A stretch of DNA of 64,000 nucleotides from Spirochaetia bacterium (GCA_965198005.1 CBDAOI010000004.1:96001-160000), one strand, 5' to 3'. Numbered from the stretch's first letter, positions 29,321 to 40,842 are shown. Numbers and translations: made by a program. The notes: generated from the letters alone by a model not told the origin.

Positions 29321-29530
29321 ATCGGCCAGTGTAACCCGAGGCGCGCCGCCGCGCCAGACCCGCCGCGCTCGAGCCGGTCCGTCGGGACGCCGCCGCCCTT
29401 GCTCCCAATTCGACGTGCTCGAATCGCCGGCCGCGCTACTACGCGGATCAGATTGGCGCGGGCGGCCGCCGGGTCGCCGTGCGCGTGTGCTCTGAGCTGT
29501 GGTATGCTATGGTGGAATGGAGGATAGCCC

Positions 29531-30367
29531 ATGGCCAGCCCGATGCTCGCACCCGCCAAGGTTCACTACCCCTCATCCGACGGCCGGCCGATGGCGGAAA
29601 GCGACTTCCAACGCACCCCGCTGACCTACGCCGTCGACCGGCTGCGGTTCCACTTTCGCAACCGCCGGGACGTGTACGTCTCGGGCAACCTGCTGCTCTA
29701 CTACCAGGAGGGGAATCCGCGGGCGGTGGTGGCGCCCGACGTGTTCGTGGTGCTGGGCGTATCCAACGCCGACCGCTCCAGCTACCGGCTGTGGAAGGAG
29801 CGCAAGGTGCCTGACTTCGTGCTGGAGATTACCTCGCGCTCGACGTACCGCGAGGACCAGGAGAGCAAGCGCGAGGTGTACCGTGCGCTGGGGGTGCGGG
29901 AGTACTGGCAGTACGACCCGACCGGCGACTACCTGGAGCCGCCGCTGCAGGGCCTGGAGTTGAGCGCGGGGGAGTATCGGCGGCTGCCGGGGCGGGAGTT
30001 GGCGGACGGAGCGCTGGCGCTGGCAAGCGGCGTGCTGGGGCTGGAGTTGCGGGTGACGGCGCGCGGGCTGCGGTTCCACGATCCGGCGACCGGGCAGGAC
30101 CTGCCGAACCTTGCGGAAACCGACGAGGCGCGGCAGCGCGAGCGGCAGGCGCGGCAGCGCGAGCAGCAGGCGCGGCAAGCGGCGGAGACGCGCCTCGCGC
30201 AGGAAACGGCAGCCCGCCAGCAGGAAGTGGCGGCCCGCCAGCAGGAAGCGGCAGCCCGCGCAGCCGCGGAAGCGCGGGTGGCCGAGCTGGAGGCCTTGTT
30301 GCGCCGGGAGCGGGGCCGCGAGTCCGGTCAGGACGGCAATCCACCGGCGCCTCGTCAGGGTCGGTAG
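29531..30367 (+). CDS. Uma2/DUF820 endonuclease-like protein (copy 4)
   Basis: 278 aa. Confidence 0.9.
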   Translation: MASPMLAPAKVHYPSSDGRPMAESDFQRTPLTYAVDRLRFHFRNRRDVYVSGNLLLYYQEGNPRAVVAPDVFVVLGVSNADRSSYRLWKERKVPDFVLEITSRSTYREDQESKREVYRALGVREYWQYDPTGDYLEPPLQGLELSAGEYRRLPGRELADGALALASGVLGLELRVTARGLRFHDPATGQDLPNLAETDEARQRERQARQREQQARQAAETRLAQETAARQQEVAARQQEAAARAAAEARVAELEALLRRERGRESGQDGNPPAPRQGR

Positions 30368-30599
30368 GGCACGTCCCCGCAAGTCCGCAAGTCCTCGCCT
30401 CGTTGACCCTCGTCCCGACGTTCGCTACACTGACGAGCCTGTCGTATGATTCGGCTCACACGAATCACACGAAAAAGGCAGTCGACGTGCTTGCTGCAAT
30501 GTGCTACGGTCGTGTTGCTCGGTTCGGGAGAGGCGTACATGCGACGGGATGACATCATCAGGCCCCGTATTCGGACGTTAGCGCCAGCGGTGCGTTCTG

Positions 30600-30618
30600 C
30601 CCTCCCCCCCCCCCCCCC
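30600..30618 (+). repeat. CCCT-C15 tract in leader of cassette 3
   Basis: Direct read. Confidence 0.9.
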
Positions 30619-31190
30619 AACATTTCGAACCGAGAACCGAGAAACAACTAACCGCTCGGGCTGATCGCCCCGGACGCGACCCCGCGCACGCCGTCGCCTT
30701 CACCACCGCCGTAGCTATCCGTGGCGCCGGCTCGGTCCATCGCCGAACCGGCATGCGGACCGCCCGCGCCCTTCCCGTCGACCGCAACCGTCCCGGATCC
30801 CCGCCCGCGACTGACTGCCGGCAAAACTCACCCCCGGCGTTGCGGCCCATTCAGACTCGCTGCTTCGCCGACCACCGCCGCGCGTGGCGTTGTGACGCAG
30901 GTCCCGACCTGGCGAGCGGTCGGCGTTTGCACGATCGGGCTGCGTGCCGGCCCGAGACAGGCAGCTTCCGTCTGGCATCTGGCAGGGGTGCCCCAAGAGA
31001 GGAGGTGTAAAATGATACTCAAAGAACCCTAGGCGCGCGCGGCGTGAGCCCGGGTGACCCCGGCTGAGTCACACGCCGCGCGCTTCAAGAATATGGCTCT
31101 GACTGGCCGTCCGCGTTGCGGGCGCGAGAGTAGCCAGGGGGCGGCAATCCGCTCCGCAATACTCTCGAAATAACATTCAAGGAAGAAACG

Positions 31191-32982
31191 ATGAAGATAT
31201 TTTTTGCATGGACCTTCGCGGTTGCGTTGGTCCTCGTCCTGACCGCAACCGGCCTGTGGGCCGGCGGCGCTGAAGAGGCACCGGCAGCCGCTGCCGACAA
31301 GCAGTATGTGACCGACCCCACCACCGGCAAGGTGGTGGTGGCGCCCCAGTATGGCGGGATATTAACCGCCGGTCATACTCAGGGCGGTAGTACTGGGGCT
31401 CCTAATGACCCCTATTTCGGCAATCCGTGGGGCCCAGGGGCGGCCGTCAATGAGAGGCTTGGTATCGGGAACTGGGGAATAGATAGAGACGTATTTGACT
31501 TTAAAGCGGTCTACCTCCCTCTGTCTACCCTAACGGGGAGGCTGGCTGAAAGCTGGGATATTTCCCCGGACGGCCTCACCTATACCTTCAACATCCGCCA
31601 GGGCGTTAACTGGCAGAACAAGGCACCGATGAACGGGAGAGAATTCACTGCGGATGATGTCGTATTCAACTTTCACCGCTATCTGGGTCTGGGCGACTTC
31701 ACCGAAGCCGGACCTAGCACCTACAGTGGCGCTGGCAACTTCATCTCCATACCATTCGAATCGGTAACGGCCACCGACAAATGGACGGTTGTGATGAAGC
31801 TGAAGGAGCCAAATCTCACTGCGCTGGAGCTTATCCTCAACGACCGTGCTGTTGCAATATTGCCCCCCGAGGTAATCGAGCAACATGGCGAGTATCAGGA
31901 CTGGAGGAACCTGGTCGGCACCGGACCCTTTATGGTGACTGATGTAGTCGAGGAGAGCAGCATCACCTGGACCAAGAATCCTGACTACTGGGGCTATGAC
32001 GAAAAGTACCCGCAGAACCGCTTGCCCTACGTTGACCAGCTAAGGCGACTGGTTATTCCAGAGGAAGGAACAATGATGGCGGCACTACGCTCAGGCAAGC
32101 TTGATTTCAGAATGTTTGCCCCATCAGACATCGACTCGCTGGAGAGCCTGCAGCGGACCAACCCCGAAATCGGGGTGTACACGATCTATTTTCGGTCGAG
32201 TGATTCTTTTGCTCCCAACCATCGCGTGCCTCCCTTTGACGACATCAACGTGCGCCGCGCCCTGCAGATGGCGCTGGACAACGAGACCGTTGCGGGTACG
32301 TACTGGAAGGGTTGGGCAGATCCGACACCTCACGGGCTGGTAGGGTTGCAAGGGTATTTCATCCCCTTCGAGAAATGGGACGAAGAGGTCAAGCAATACT
32401 ACCGGTATGACCCGGAAGCTGCCGAGAAGCTCCTTGATGAGGCTGGGTATCCGCGCGGTGCCGACGGCATTAGATTCAAGGCCGCCCTGAATTATACGGA
32501 ATCGGCAAGCTTAGATTTTGCAGAAATAGCTTCCGCCTACTGGGCTGAGATTGGCGTCGATTTTGAGATTGCGCCGGGTTCCAGCAGCGCCGAATATACC
32601 GAGAGGATAGGCTCGGGTACCCATGCACAGTCAAATTGCGGGCGCCGCTTATGCCCCTCTCCTGATGGCAAGCTGGTATCACTCGGACGGGGCATTGAAC
32701 CGCGGCGGATCCCAGTGGCCTGAGATGGACGCCATGGTTGACGCCGCCCTAGCCGCTACTACCAACGAGGAGCAGAAGAGGCTGATGAAAGAGCTGGATA
32801 TGTACGCGATAGAGAAGCACTGGCTGATATGGGTTCCTAAAACTCCGTTTATTCATTATGCCCAGCCGTGGGTCATAGGCTATAGCGGTGAATTTCCAAA
32901 TGCTTTGGGCCAGTCAGAAACCTATACCGTCTTTGCCCGCCTCTGGATTGATAGTGAGCTGAAGGAGGCAATGGGTTATTAG
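31191..32982 (+). pseudogene. Family 5 SBP3, frameshifted by an ~8-nt deletion near 32622
   Basis: GGTACCCATGCAC vs CGTACCTGGGAAGGCATGCAC in SBP2; ORFs 31191-32723 and 32623-32982. Confidence 0.85.
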
Positions 32983-33065
32983 AGAAAAAAGGGGAGCTGG
33001 GAGGCTGTCGCCTGCAGGCGCGCTTCCCAGCTCCCAACGAGATTGCCACGCCCCCATAATGTGAC

Positions 33066-34073
33066 ATGAGAGCCTATGTCATCAGGAGGTTATTGCTCAT
33101 AATCCCCACCTTGTTTATCTTGAGCATCCTGGTCTTTCTCTCGGTCCGCTTCATCCCCGGCGATGTAATAGACACAATGGCGGCTAGGATGGCAGAGACG
33201 GGGGCGCTGGCATTCAAGATTGACCGTGAAGCTCTTGAGCATATGCTGGGATTAGACGTGCCTGTCTACGTGCAGTATGGACGCTGGACAGGGGTGTTGC
33301 CAACCCCTGACTTTGTTACCAAGCAGTCTCACTTCAACGGTCTCCTCCAGGGCAGCCTTGGTGAATCACTGATGAGCCCTTTTACGGTAGAGGAGAAGAT
33401 AATAGGCAGATTGCCAGTAACCATTCAGCTTGGTGTCATGGCAATCGTAATTGGGCTCTTGATAGCCCTGCCGGTCGGCATCTACTCGGCGATTCGCCAG
33501 GATACCGCCGCCGACTACCTGGGCCGCTCGATCGCCGTCCTCGGCCTGGCGACGCCTAACTTCTGGCTGGCACTTATGGTCGTGCTCTACCCCGCCATCT
33601 GGTGGGGCTGGTCGCCATCGATGGAACTGATTCCTTTTGCCGAAGACCCGCTGGGGAATCTCGGGATGTTCATCATTCCCAGCTTGGTTCTGGGGACGGC
33701 CTCGGCTGCCGCCACCATGCGGATGACGCGCACCATGATGCTGGAGGTGCTCAGGCAAGACTATATCAGGACCGCCTGGGCCAAGGGTCTCAGGGAGCGG
33801 GTGGTCGTCATGCGGCACGCCGTCAAGAACGCACTCATCCCGGTAGTTACCCTGATCGGCCTGCAGTTGCCGATCCTGATAGGTGGCTCGGTCATCATGG
33901 AGAACATATTCAACCTGCCGGGGTTGGGTCGTCTCATGGTGGTTGCGCTGGTGGATCGAGACTACCCGGTGGTCTCCGGGGTCAACCTGTTCTTCGGCAC
34001 CGCGGTGGTGTTGTTCAATCTCCTGATCGACCTGCTCTATTCCTTTCTGGACCCGAGGGTGCGCTATGACTGA
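33066..34073 (+). CDS. ABC permease, OppB/DppB-like
   Basis: Paralog of 17929-18936. Confidence 0.93.
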   Translation: MRAYVIRRLLLIIPTLFILSILVFLSVRFIPGDVIDTMAARMAETGALAFKIDREALEHMLGLDVPVYVQYGRWTGVLPTPDFVTKQSHFNGLLQGSLGESLMSPFTVEEKIIGRLPVTIQLGVMAIVIGLLIALPVGIYSAIRQDTAADYLGRSIAVLGLATPNFWLALMVVLYPAIWWGWSPSMELIPFAEDPLGNLGMFIIPSLVLGTASAAATMRMTRTMMLEVLRQDYIRTAWAKGLRERVVVMRHAVKNALIPVVTLIGLQLPILIGGSVIMENIFNLPGLGRLMVVALVDRDYPVVSGVNLFFGTAVVLFNLLIDLLYSFLDPRVRYD

Positions 34074-34474
34074 CGCGCGGGGGCCGTTCGCCGATTTCTT
34101 CGGCAGGTTGTGGCGGGAGAAGCCCCTGGGGATCGCCAGCGGGATCGTCATCTTGATCCTGATTCTGTTGGCGATCTTTGCCGATGTTCTGGCCCCCTAT
34201 CCCTTCGATAAGCTGAACCTGGCAGAAAGGCTGCAGGGCTCATCGACTCGCCATCTCCTGGGGACCGACCAGTTGGGCCGCGACCTGTTGAGCCGGCTGC
34301 TGTTCGGGGCGCGCATCTCGTTGGTCGTTGGTCTGGCGGCGACCACGCTGAACGTGGTGGTCGATCGTGGTGTACAGTTTCAACATGTTGGGTGATGCCA
34401 TGCGGGACTTACTCGACCCTAGGCTCGGGGGTGGTGGCGGTCGTCTGGCTGCCGGCGGCGCCACGTTGGTCTAA
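34066..34474 (+). pseudogene. OppC/DppC-like permease with large internal deletion
   Basis: TTLNVVV joined near 34363 to IVVYSFNML...GGATLV* in another frame. Confidence 0.85.
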
Positions 34475-34636
34475 GAGAGCCATGGTCTCGTCGCGCTCGC
34501 TTACCCCGCCGCCGCCATCCTTCAGCTTCGAAACCTATGACGCCGAGCGGGAGCCGGAGCGGACGGACGATTCTGCGCGCCTCTCGATGCGGTTCACACC
34601 GTGCGACGCCGTCGGTTGACCGGCAGGCGCCCAGAT

Positions 34637-35285
34637 TCAGGACAGTCCCTTGTGCCGCCGCACGTTGAGCGCCTTCCACTCGAGCAGCGGCTGGGCCTGA
34701 ATGCGTTCCCGCAGGGTCGTGTCAGACGTCAAGATCGACGCGTCGACTTCCCCTCGGTCCAGCAGCAGGTCCAGGAATGCGCGCTCGGCGTCGGTGAACG
34801 GTAGCACGATGGACAGCGCCCTCCTGCACTCTTCAACAAGACGCGCTCCGTACTCCGCCAATGCCTCCGGTTCTCGCGGTTGGCGGGTGCGAAGAGCGGG
34901 GCCGAGTTGCCTCGCCAATTCCGCGCTGTCGAAGTCCACATCGTCGACCGAGACGGTCCGCCAATCCTTGCGGTTCATGCCCCCGTAGGCAACGAAGGCG
35001 ATGCGGAGCCTGGGCCGCCTGCTCGATCTTGGGACGGTCCGCCAGCATGTCCTCGCGCTCCAGCGCGCCGATGTAGTTGAGATCGATGTCTACGGACAGC
35101 CTCGGATGGCGGAGGACGAACAGGTTCAAGGCGGTGCCGCCCTTAAGGACCCACTTGCCTCTCAGCGAAGGGTGGGAGTTCAGGACGTTCAGGAGATGCA
35201 CCAGATGGAGGACCTTCTCGACCGCACCCTCGTCGAATCCGTCGGGTCTGGATAGGGGCAGGATTTCCGCCGTGGAGAATCTCAC
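34637..35285 (-). pseudogene. abiEii: AbiEii-family nucleotidyltransferase toxin, internally deleted
   Basis: GTG 35285 overlaps antitoxin stop; WVLKGGTALNLF...RLSVDIDL; frame break near 35010; C-terminal ...QPLLEWKALNV. Confidence 0.8.
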
Positions 35286-36016
35286 AGCACCTCCCCCCAG
35301 GACCGACTCAGGATTTCGGCCGGGATCATGAGATTCCAGCCTTTGACCCACTGGCAGCCTTTGCGCCTGCCCCGCGTCAGATAGTGGGGCTGCTGCGGGC
35401 GGAGCTCGCGCAGCGCATCGAGATGCGCTTCTTCCACCATCAACGGCTCCCGGTGCTGCTCGAGGAAGAACCCCACCTTTGCGGCGGTGGTCGCATTCTC
35501 CAACAGGCGGGTATACTCGACGACCTGATCCAGGATGAAGAACTCCACCGACTCCAAAGAGCGCCATATCTCTTCCCAGCTACCGGTCAGGTCGGGGCGG
35601 TCCAGCACATCGACCAGGGTTCGTTCGTGGTTGGTCACTCGGAGTTGCACCCCTGAGCGATTGTGGCCGGTGACACCGAACATTTCCTGGCCCCTCGCCA
35701 GCAGCGGTGGTGGCATGGGCGCGCCTCGGAACTCATGCAATTGGAAGGTGAGCGGAAGCGACTTGCTCGCCGACACGTAGACAGTCTCCAATGGACCGAG
35801 TACGCCCTGCCGTGGAATTCCAGTGCCGTGTGGTAGGCTAACACCGCGTCCTCGGTCATCTTGGCCGCCACCAGATACGGATCGACCGTCATGGAGGCCG
35901 GGTCCATGCCCCAGGTCGGACAGAAAGCGGTCCAGCTCGTCCACCGTGAACACGGCGTGCCGCTCCAGAAAGTGGTTGAGCCTCACGGGGCCGTTCGTTT
36001 GATGATCAGTCGACAT
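35282..36016 (-). pseudogene. abiEi: AbiEi-family antitoxin, disrupted 5' part
   Basis: RVTNHERTLVDVLDRPDL; conserved DPYLVAAKMTEDAVLAYHTALEFHG segment lies in another frame (35635-35907). Confidence 0.75.
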
Positions 36017-36082
36017 AGTGGCATTTTATTTAGCATTGTCCAGTCGTCAGGTTAGACTGTCCCCCCGAACCGACGGAGACCC

Positions 36083-36295
36083 ATGGACGCCCCTCCTACA
36101 AACGCCTGCTCAAGCACAAACGCATCGTCAAGGACCTGCTCAGCGGGTTCATCGCCCCGCACCGCGCCCCGGGGTGGGCCGACGCGCTTAACCTCGCCAC
36201 CCTCCGCGAAGGCCCCACCGAGGAGATCACCGACGAGCTGCGCCGCCGGCTCGGTGACGTGGTCTGGTCGATCGACCGGCGCGATGGCCACGGCG
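36083..36295 (+). pseudogene. Rpn/YhgA-like recombination-promoting nuclease 5' fragment
   Basis: After a frameshift in the first codons reads YKRLLKHKRIVKDLLSGF...WADALNLATL...ELRRRLGDVVWSI. Confidence 0.65.
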
Positions 36296-37505
36296 GCGTG
36301 CAGCGCCACCTGAGTGACAACACGCTCATGTTGTATGACCTTACCTCCAGCTATTTCGAGGGACACACCTGTCCGTTGGCGCAGCGCGGTCACAGCCGCG
36401 ACGGCAAGCGCGGCACCTTGCAGATCGTGTTCGGGCTGCTGTGCACGGCAGCCGGCTGTCCGGTGGCGGTCGAGGTGTTCGAGGGCTCGACCAGCGACCC
36501 GAAGACGGTCGCCGCGCAGGTGGACAAGATTCGCAGGCGCTTCGGGTTGCAGCGGGTGGTGCTGGTGGGCGACCGCGGCATGCTCACTGGCGCGCGCATC
36601 CGGGAGGATCTGCAGGGAATCGACGGGCTGCGCTGGATCACGACCTTGCGCGCGCCCACCATCCGCAAGCTGATCGCGGCCGGGAGCGTGACGCCGACGT
36701 TGTTCGACGAACGTGACTTGGCGGAGATCAGCAGTCCCGACTTTCCCGGCGAACGGCTGGTCGTGTGCCGCAACCCGGTGTTGGCCGAGCAACGGCGGCG
36801 CAAGCGGCTGGAGTTGTTGGCCGCCACCGAAGATCACCGAGATCACCGAGACCTCATTCACGTTTGTGCGTGACCAGGAGAAGATCGCGGCCGAAGAAGA
36901 ACTCGATGGGCGGTACATCGTGCGCTCCAACGTCGAGCCCGAGCTGTTCGACGCCGATCAGACGGTGCGGGCGTACAAGGACCTGTCCAAGGTGGAGCGC
37001 GCGTTCCGGAGTATGAAGACGGTGGATCTGAAGGTGCGTCCGATCTACCATCGGCGGGCTGAGCGGGTACGGGCGCACGTGCTGTTGTGTATGCTGGCCT
37101 ACTACGTGGAGTGGCACATGCGCGGCACCTTGGCGCCGGTGCTGTTCGATGACCACGATCCGGAGGCGGGGGAACGGCAACGGTCGTCGGTGGTGCGCCC
37201 GGCGGTGCGGTCGCCGGCGGCACAGGCGAAAGCGTCCAGCAAGCGCACCGCAGATGATCTGCCGGTGCACAGTTTTCGTGGGCTGATCAGCGTGTTAGGC
37301 ACGCTGACAGCGAACACAATGCAGGTTGCAGAGGGTGGCGGCGCCTTCCAGTTACTGACGCAGCCGACGCCCGTGCAGCAGCGCTGCTTCGAACTACTGG
37401 GGATCACGCCTCGGATGTAGCCACGCACGGCACCGGAGAAATTGCACGTAACTATATGTTATCACGCAACTTACCTAACAATCATCCTCTGGAACTTCGG
37501 ATTGA
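36296..37505 (+). mobile_element. IS1634-family element remnant (5' end missing, internal deletion/frameshift near 36835)
   Basis: LYDLTSSYFEG, GHSRDGKRG, VGDRGM, YKDLSKVERAFRSMK, RPIYH, RVRAHV; possible right end GGAACTTCGGATTGAG. Confidence 0.85.
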
Positions 37506-37870
37506 GTACTGCGAGACGTACGCGTCCAGCAGCGGGCGGGGGTCGGCGGCGTTATAGCCAGTGAACGGCGTCGAGTAGGACCGGCACCTTCTGCACCTCG
37601 TCCACCACGATGAGGGGGCTGCCGTGGCGGCGCTGTTCCTCGATTAGGAGCTCCGGATTCTGCAAGTAGCGCCGGTAGACGTCGGGGCGCAGCAGATCCA
37701 GGCGCGGCGCAGCCGGAAACTCCTGCGTCAAGAGGTGCTCTTGCCGGCCTGGCGCGGCCCCCAGAGGAAGAATGTCTCGTCGGTCCGCTCGCCGAGACTC
37801 AACATTCGCGTGTATTTCTGCACCACTACTTGAATATTACATGCGAAATGGAAAGAGGCAAATTGAAGAG
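37506..37870 (-). pseudogene. Deleted duplicate of the 5' part of the AAA_14/DUF4143 gene
   Basis: Matches ~39448-39760 joined to ~39210-39262. Confidence 0.85.
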
Positions 37871-38069
37871 CACGATGTCGCGATCTGTGAGTCCACCACC
37901 ACGTGCTGGGTCTCGCAGCAGGCTTCGCAACGAGTCCGCCGCCATCCTGCGCGGGATGCTGGATACCTCAGTCGTTGTCTAGCTGCGGCGCTGGCGTTCG
38001 GCGCTCAAGGCGTGTGCCGAGCGCATAACCGTGCGTTGCCACGTCCTGAAGATAGATCGGTGTCCCCGG

Positions 38070-38325
38070 TTAGGAGTGCGCCTGCTTGCGATGTTTCCGG
38101 ATCACCGGCGCCAAAGCTCGAAGAGCTTCATTCACAGCCGTTCCGTCGGTGAAGACGTCGATCCGACGAACCATTACCAGACCCTTCATTCTTCTTCATA
38201 TTGCCGCCGCTCCTTACGTGTTGCCCGTCGCGCCGAAATCAACCGTGTCCGTGGTGGTCGCTCCGCGAAAGCTACCACCAAGAGCCGGCGCCGATTCGAC
38301 ATACCGAGGACAATGTACCGTTGCT
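38070..38325 (-). pseudogene. BrnT toxin 3' fragment plus BrnA-like antitoxin remnant
   Basis: RYIVLGMSNRRRLLVVAFAERPPRTRLISARRATRKERRQYEEE* (ends 38186), then ...DVFTDGTAVNEALRALAPVIRK...*. Confidence 0.7.
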
Positions 38326-38334
38326 ATGTCTCGG

Positions 38335-38470
38335 CAATCGGTGGCAGGCGCCGGATCGCACGGACCACCCCGGTGTCAAAGAAATAGAACTTCGCCGTCT
38401 CTAGCGCCTTGCGCCTGCTCGTTCGCGCGAACGCCGGCAGCTCGAAGCCGAGCAACGTGTCGTACAGCAC
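38335..38470 (-). pseudogene. Fragment of another DUF4143 ATP-binding protein
   Basis: LYDTLLGFELPAF...AKFYFFDTGVVRAI. Confidence 0.6.
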
Positions 38471-38563
38471 CGAATCGAGGAATCCATGGGATTTCGGCAG
38501 CAGACATGGCACTTATCATGATAATCGCTATCGGGCCGGCCGCAAGTCGGCCTCACCGCCTGC

Positions 38564-39718
38564 TCAGAAGAACGCGCCTCGCCACAGCTGCGCCACGAAG
38601 GTGGAGTAGTGCAGCAGCTCGATGCCATCCTCGCTGGTGCGGTCGTGGGGGTCCAGCGAGACCAGCAGCCGCCTCTTGGTCTCGGGGTGATCGATCGCGA
38701 GCTCACGCAGCCCGTTGGCGTGATCGGCTCGCACCCGGCTGCTGGCCTTGGCCTCGATGGCACAATCGATGTGGTTGACCACGAAGTCGACCTCGATGCC
38801 GGAGCTCAATCGCCAATAGAAGAAGTCGGCGTAGCGGGAGCGGTAGGAGTTGTAGCAGCACAGCTCGTGGAACACCCAGTTCTCGAATGCCTTGCCGGCC
38901 AGCTCGCTGCCGACCTGGATGCTGCCCCGCTTGGCAAGGAAGTTGACCACCCCGACATCGAGGAAGAAGAATTTCGGCGCCGCCACGGTTCGTCGTTTCG
39001 GTCGGCGACGGTAGGCAGGAAGGTAGCGCCCCAGCAGAGTGTCCTCGAGTATCTGGAAGTAGGCCTTGACGGTCTGGCTGCTGACGCCGGTGTCGCGGGC
39101 GATGGTGCTGTAGTTGACGACCTCGGCGTCGGCCAGCGCCGCCAGAGTCAGGAACTCGGCGTAGGCCGGCAGTCGCCGCGCCAGTCCCTCGGCGGCGATC
39201 TCTTCCTTGAGATACTGCGAGACATAGGCATCCAGCAGGGGGCGGGGGTCGGCGGCGTTATAGATCCGTGGGAGATAGCCGTGGTTCAACAGACGCAGCA
39301 AATCCAGATCCGCGCCGATCTCGGCCGCCGCCAGACCGTAGAGCTCGCGTCGGGTGGCGCGGCCGCCCAGCAGGTTGGCGTGCCCGCGCCGCACCTTGCG
39401 CGCACTGGATCCGCACAGCGCGAAGTTGACGCCGCGGTTCTCCATGAGCCAGTGAACGGCGTCGAGTAGGACCGGCACCTTCTGCACCTCGTCCACCACG
39501 ATGAAGGGGCTGCCGTGGCGGCGCTGTTCCTCGATTAGGAGCTCCGGATTCTGCAAGTAGCGCCGGTAGACGTCGGGGCGCAGCAGATCCAGGCGCGGCG
39601 CAGCCGGAAACTCCTGCGTCAAGAGGGTGCTCTTGCCGGCCTGGCGCGGCCCCCAGAGGAAGAATGTCTCGTCGGTCCGCTCGCCGAGACTCAACATTCG
39701 CGTGTATTTCTGCACCAC
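38564..39718 (-). CDS. ATP-binding protein, AAA_14 + DUF4143
   Basis: GPRQAGKST, VDEVQK, GSSARK, KFFFLDVGV, YWRLSSGIEVDFV, IEAK. Confidence 0.9.
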   Translation of the reverse strand: MVQKYTRMLSLGERTDETFFLWGPRQAGKSTLLTQEFPAAPRLDLLRPDVYRRYLQNPELLIEEQRRHGSPFIVVDEVQKVPVLLDAVHWLMENRGVNFALCGSSARKVRRGHANLLGGRATRRELYGLAAAEIGADLDLLRLLNHGYLPRIYNAADPRPLLDAYVSQYLKEEIAAEGLARRLPAYAEFLTLAALADAEVVNYSTIARDTGVSSQTVKAYFQILEDTLLGRYLPAYRRRPKRRTVAAPKFFFLDVGVVNFLAKRGSIQVGSELAGKAFENWVFHELCCYNSYRSRYADFFYWRLSSGIEVDFVVNHIDCAIEAKASSRVRADHANGLRELAIDHPETKRRLLVSLDPHDRTSEDGIELLHYSTFVAQLWRGAFF

Positions 39719-40069
39719 TACTTGAATATTACATGCGAAACAGAAAGAGGCAAATTGAAGATCACGACATCGGCGTGGTCAGACCGTTTCTTCACGAATC
39801 TGGCCGAGCCACCGTTGCAGGATGGTGGCTACGGTGTGCGCAATGCGCCACGTTCGGATGCGAGCGGTAACGCAGAGACAGCTCCGTAACGAGTTCGGCG
39901 CCTGTGCACCGTCCCTGCACCGCCGGCGCGTGGTTCTGGACCAGACGAGGCCTGCTGTCCAGCGTGCCCAAGCCGCCAAGTCGTGCTGCGCGTGCCGCCC
40001 CGGGGCCTGATTGGGGCCATGCGCCCGGTGTGGGCGCCGCGACGGCGCCCAAGACCGCCGCCCGGGGGT

Positions 40070-40388
40070 ATATCGCAGTGACCCTGTTCGACAGAATGTT
40101 GCGCAGGGAGTCAATACGTGGAAACAAGCTTCCGGACACCACCGCCCCGAACCGTGGTGCGCTGTCGTTGACGAAGTCGATTTTGAGCGTCGTTTGCTGT
40201 TGCGTGACCAGCACGCCGGCGTACTGATCGTTGCGGAGATCGTCGGAATACCGGAACGCGAAGAAATGCCTATGAAGTGCGGTACCACCGGTCAGATAGA
40301 ACGGTGCTTCGCAGGCGGCGAGCGTGCTCAGCACTCCATTCTGCAGGGGGTACAGGATCTCCTCGTAATAGGCGTCGGATTCGTGCAT
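40070..40388 (-). pseudogene. AbiEii-like nucleotidyltransferase, deleted/truncated
   Basis: LYPLQNGVL...FYLTGGTALHR...RYSDDL joined to LKIDFVND...ILSNRVTAI. Confidence 0.7.
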
Positions 40389-40690
40389 AGCGTTCTCGCA
40401 AGGACGCGGGCCAAAGTCGCGCGATCGTCTCCGCGGTCAACAACGTCCTGACTTCATCGAATGTCAGCGCTGTTACGATACGCTGCCACGGCAGCGCCTG
40501 CAGCATGCGCGCGAACAGAGCCGGTCTGTCGAGGTGGCCGATACTCTCGCGGCGTCCGCGCAGTACGTCCGCCACATCTTCAGGACGGTAGCGGTAGTCC
40601 CACACGATTGTTCTTGCGATGCGGCTCAGTTCATGGTCGTCTTCGCCCCCCCGGCGCCTCGCCGCGCACTCAAGTCGCGTGGTGCCGTGG
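40270..40690 (-). CDS. Hypothetical partner (putative antitoxin) of the AbiEii-like gene; start uncertain
   Basis: IVWDYRYRPEDVADVLRG...LFARMLQALPWQ...RERYARIRRLL; overlaps toxin start. Confidence 0.45.
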
Positions 40691-40726
40691 GTGTGCGCAC
40701 ACCTGTACGGCGCGATCAGCCGGAGT

Positions 40727-40842
40727 TCTTCGCTACCGGGGTGGTGCTGATCAATCTGCTCATCGACCTGATCTACGCTGTCCTGTACCCCAGGGTCCGC
40801 TTTGACTGAATTCCTTAGCAGGCTGGTCAAGGAGAAGCCACT
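40727..40842 (+). pseudogene. Permease B/C junction remnant
   Basis: FFATGVVLINLLIDLIYAVLYPRVRFD* then EFLSRLVKEKPL. Confidence 0.65.

Larger units (their letters stand above)
12873..34483. repeat. Tandem triplication of ~7.6 kb unit (SDR2-SDR1 / Uma2 / leader / SBP / permease / permease)
   Basis: Uma2 starts 14277, 21837, 29531 (periods 7560, 7694); SDR1 starts 14066, 21626, 29320; SBP starts 16043, 23377, 31191. Confidence 0.92.

Noticed and set aside
16043-32982. Diversity-generating retroelement as cause of SBP variation
   Set aside because: No reverse transcriptase or template repeat in the window; differences include indels and are not adenine-restricted
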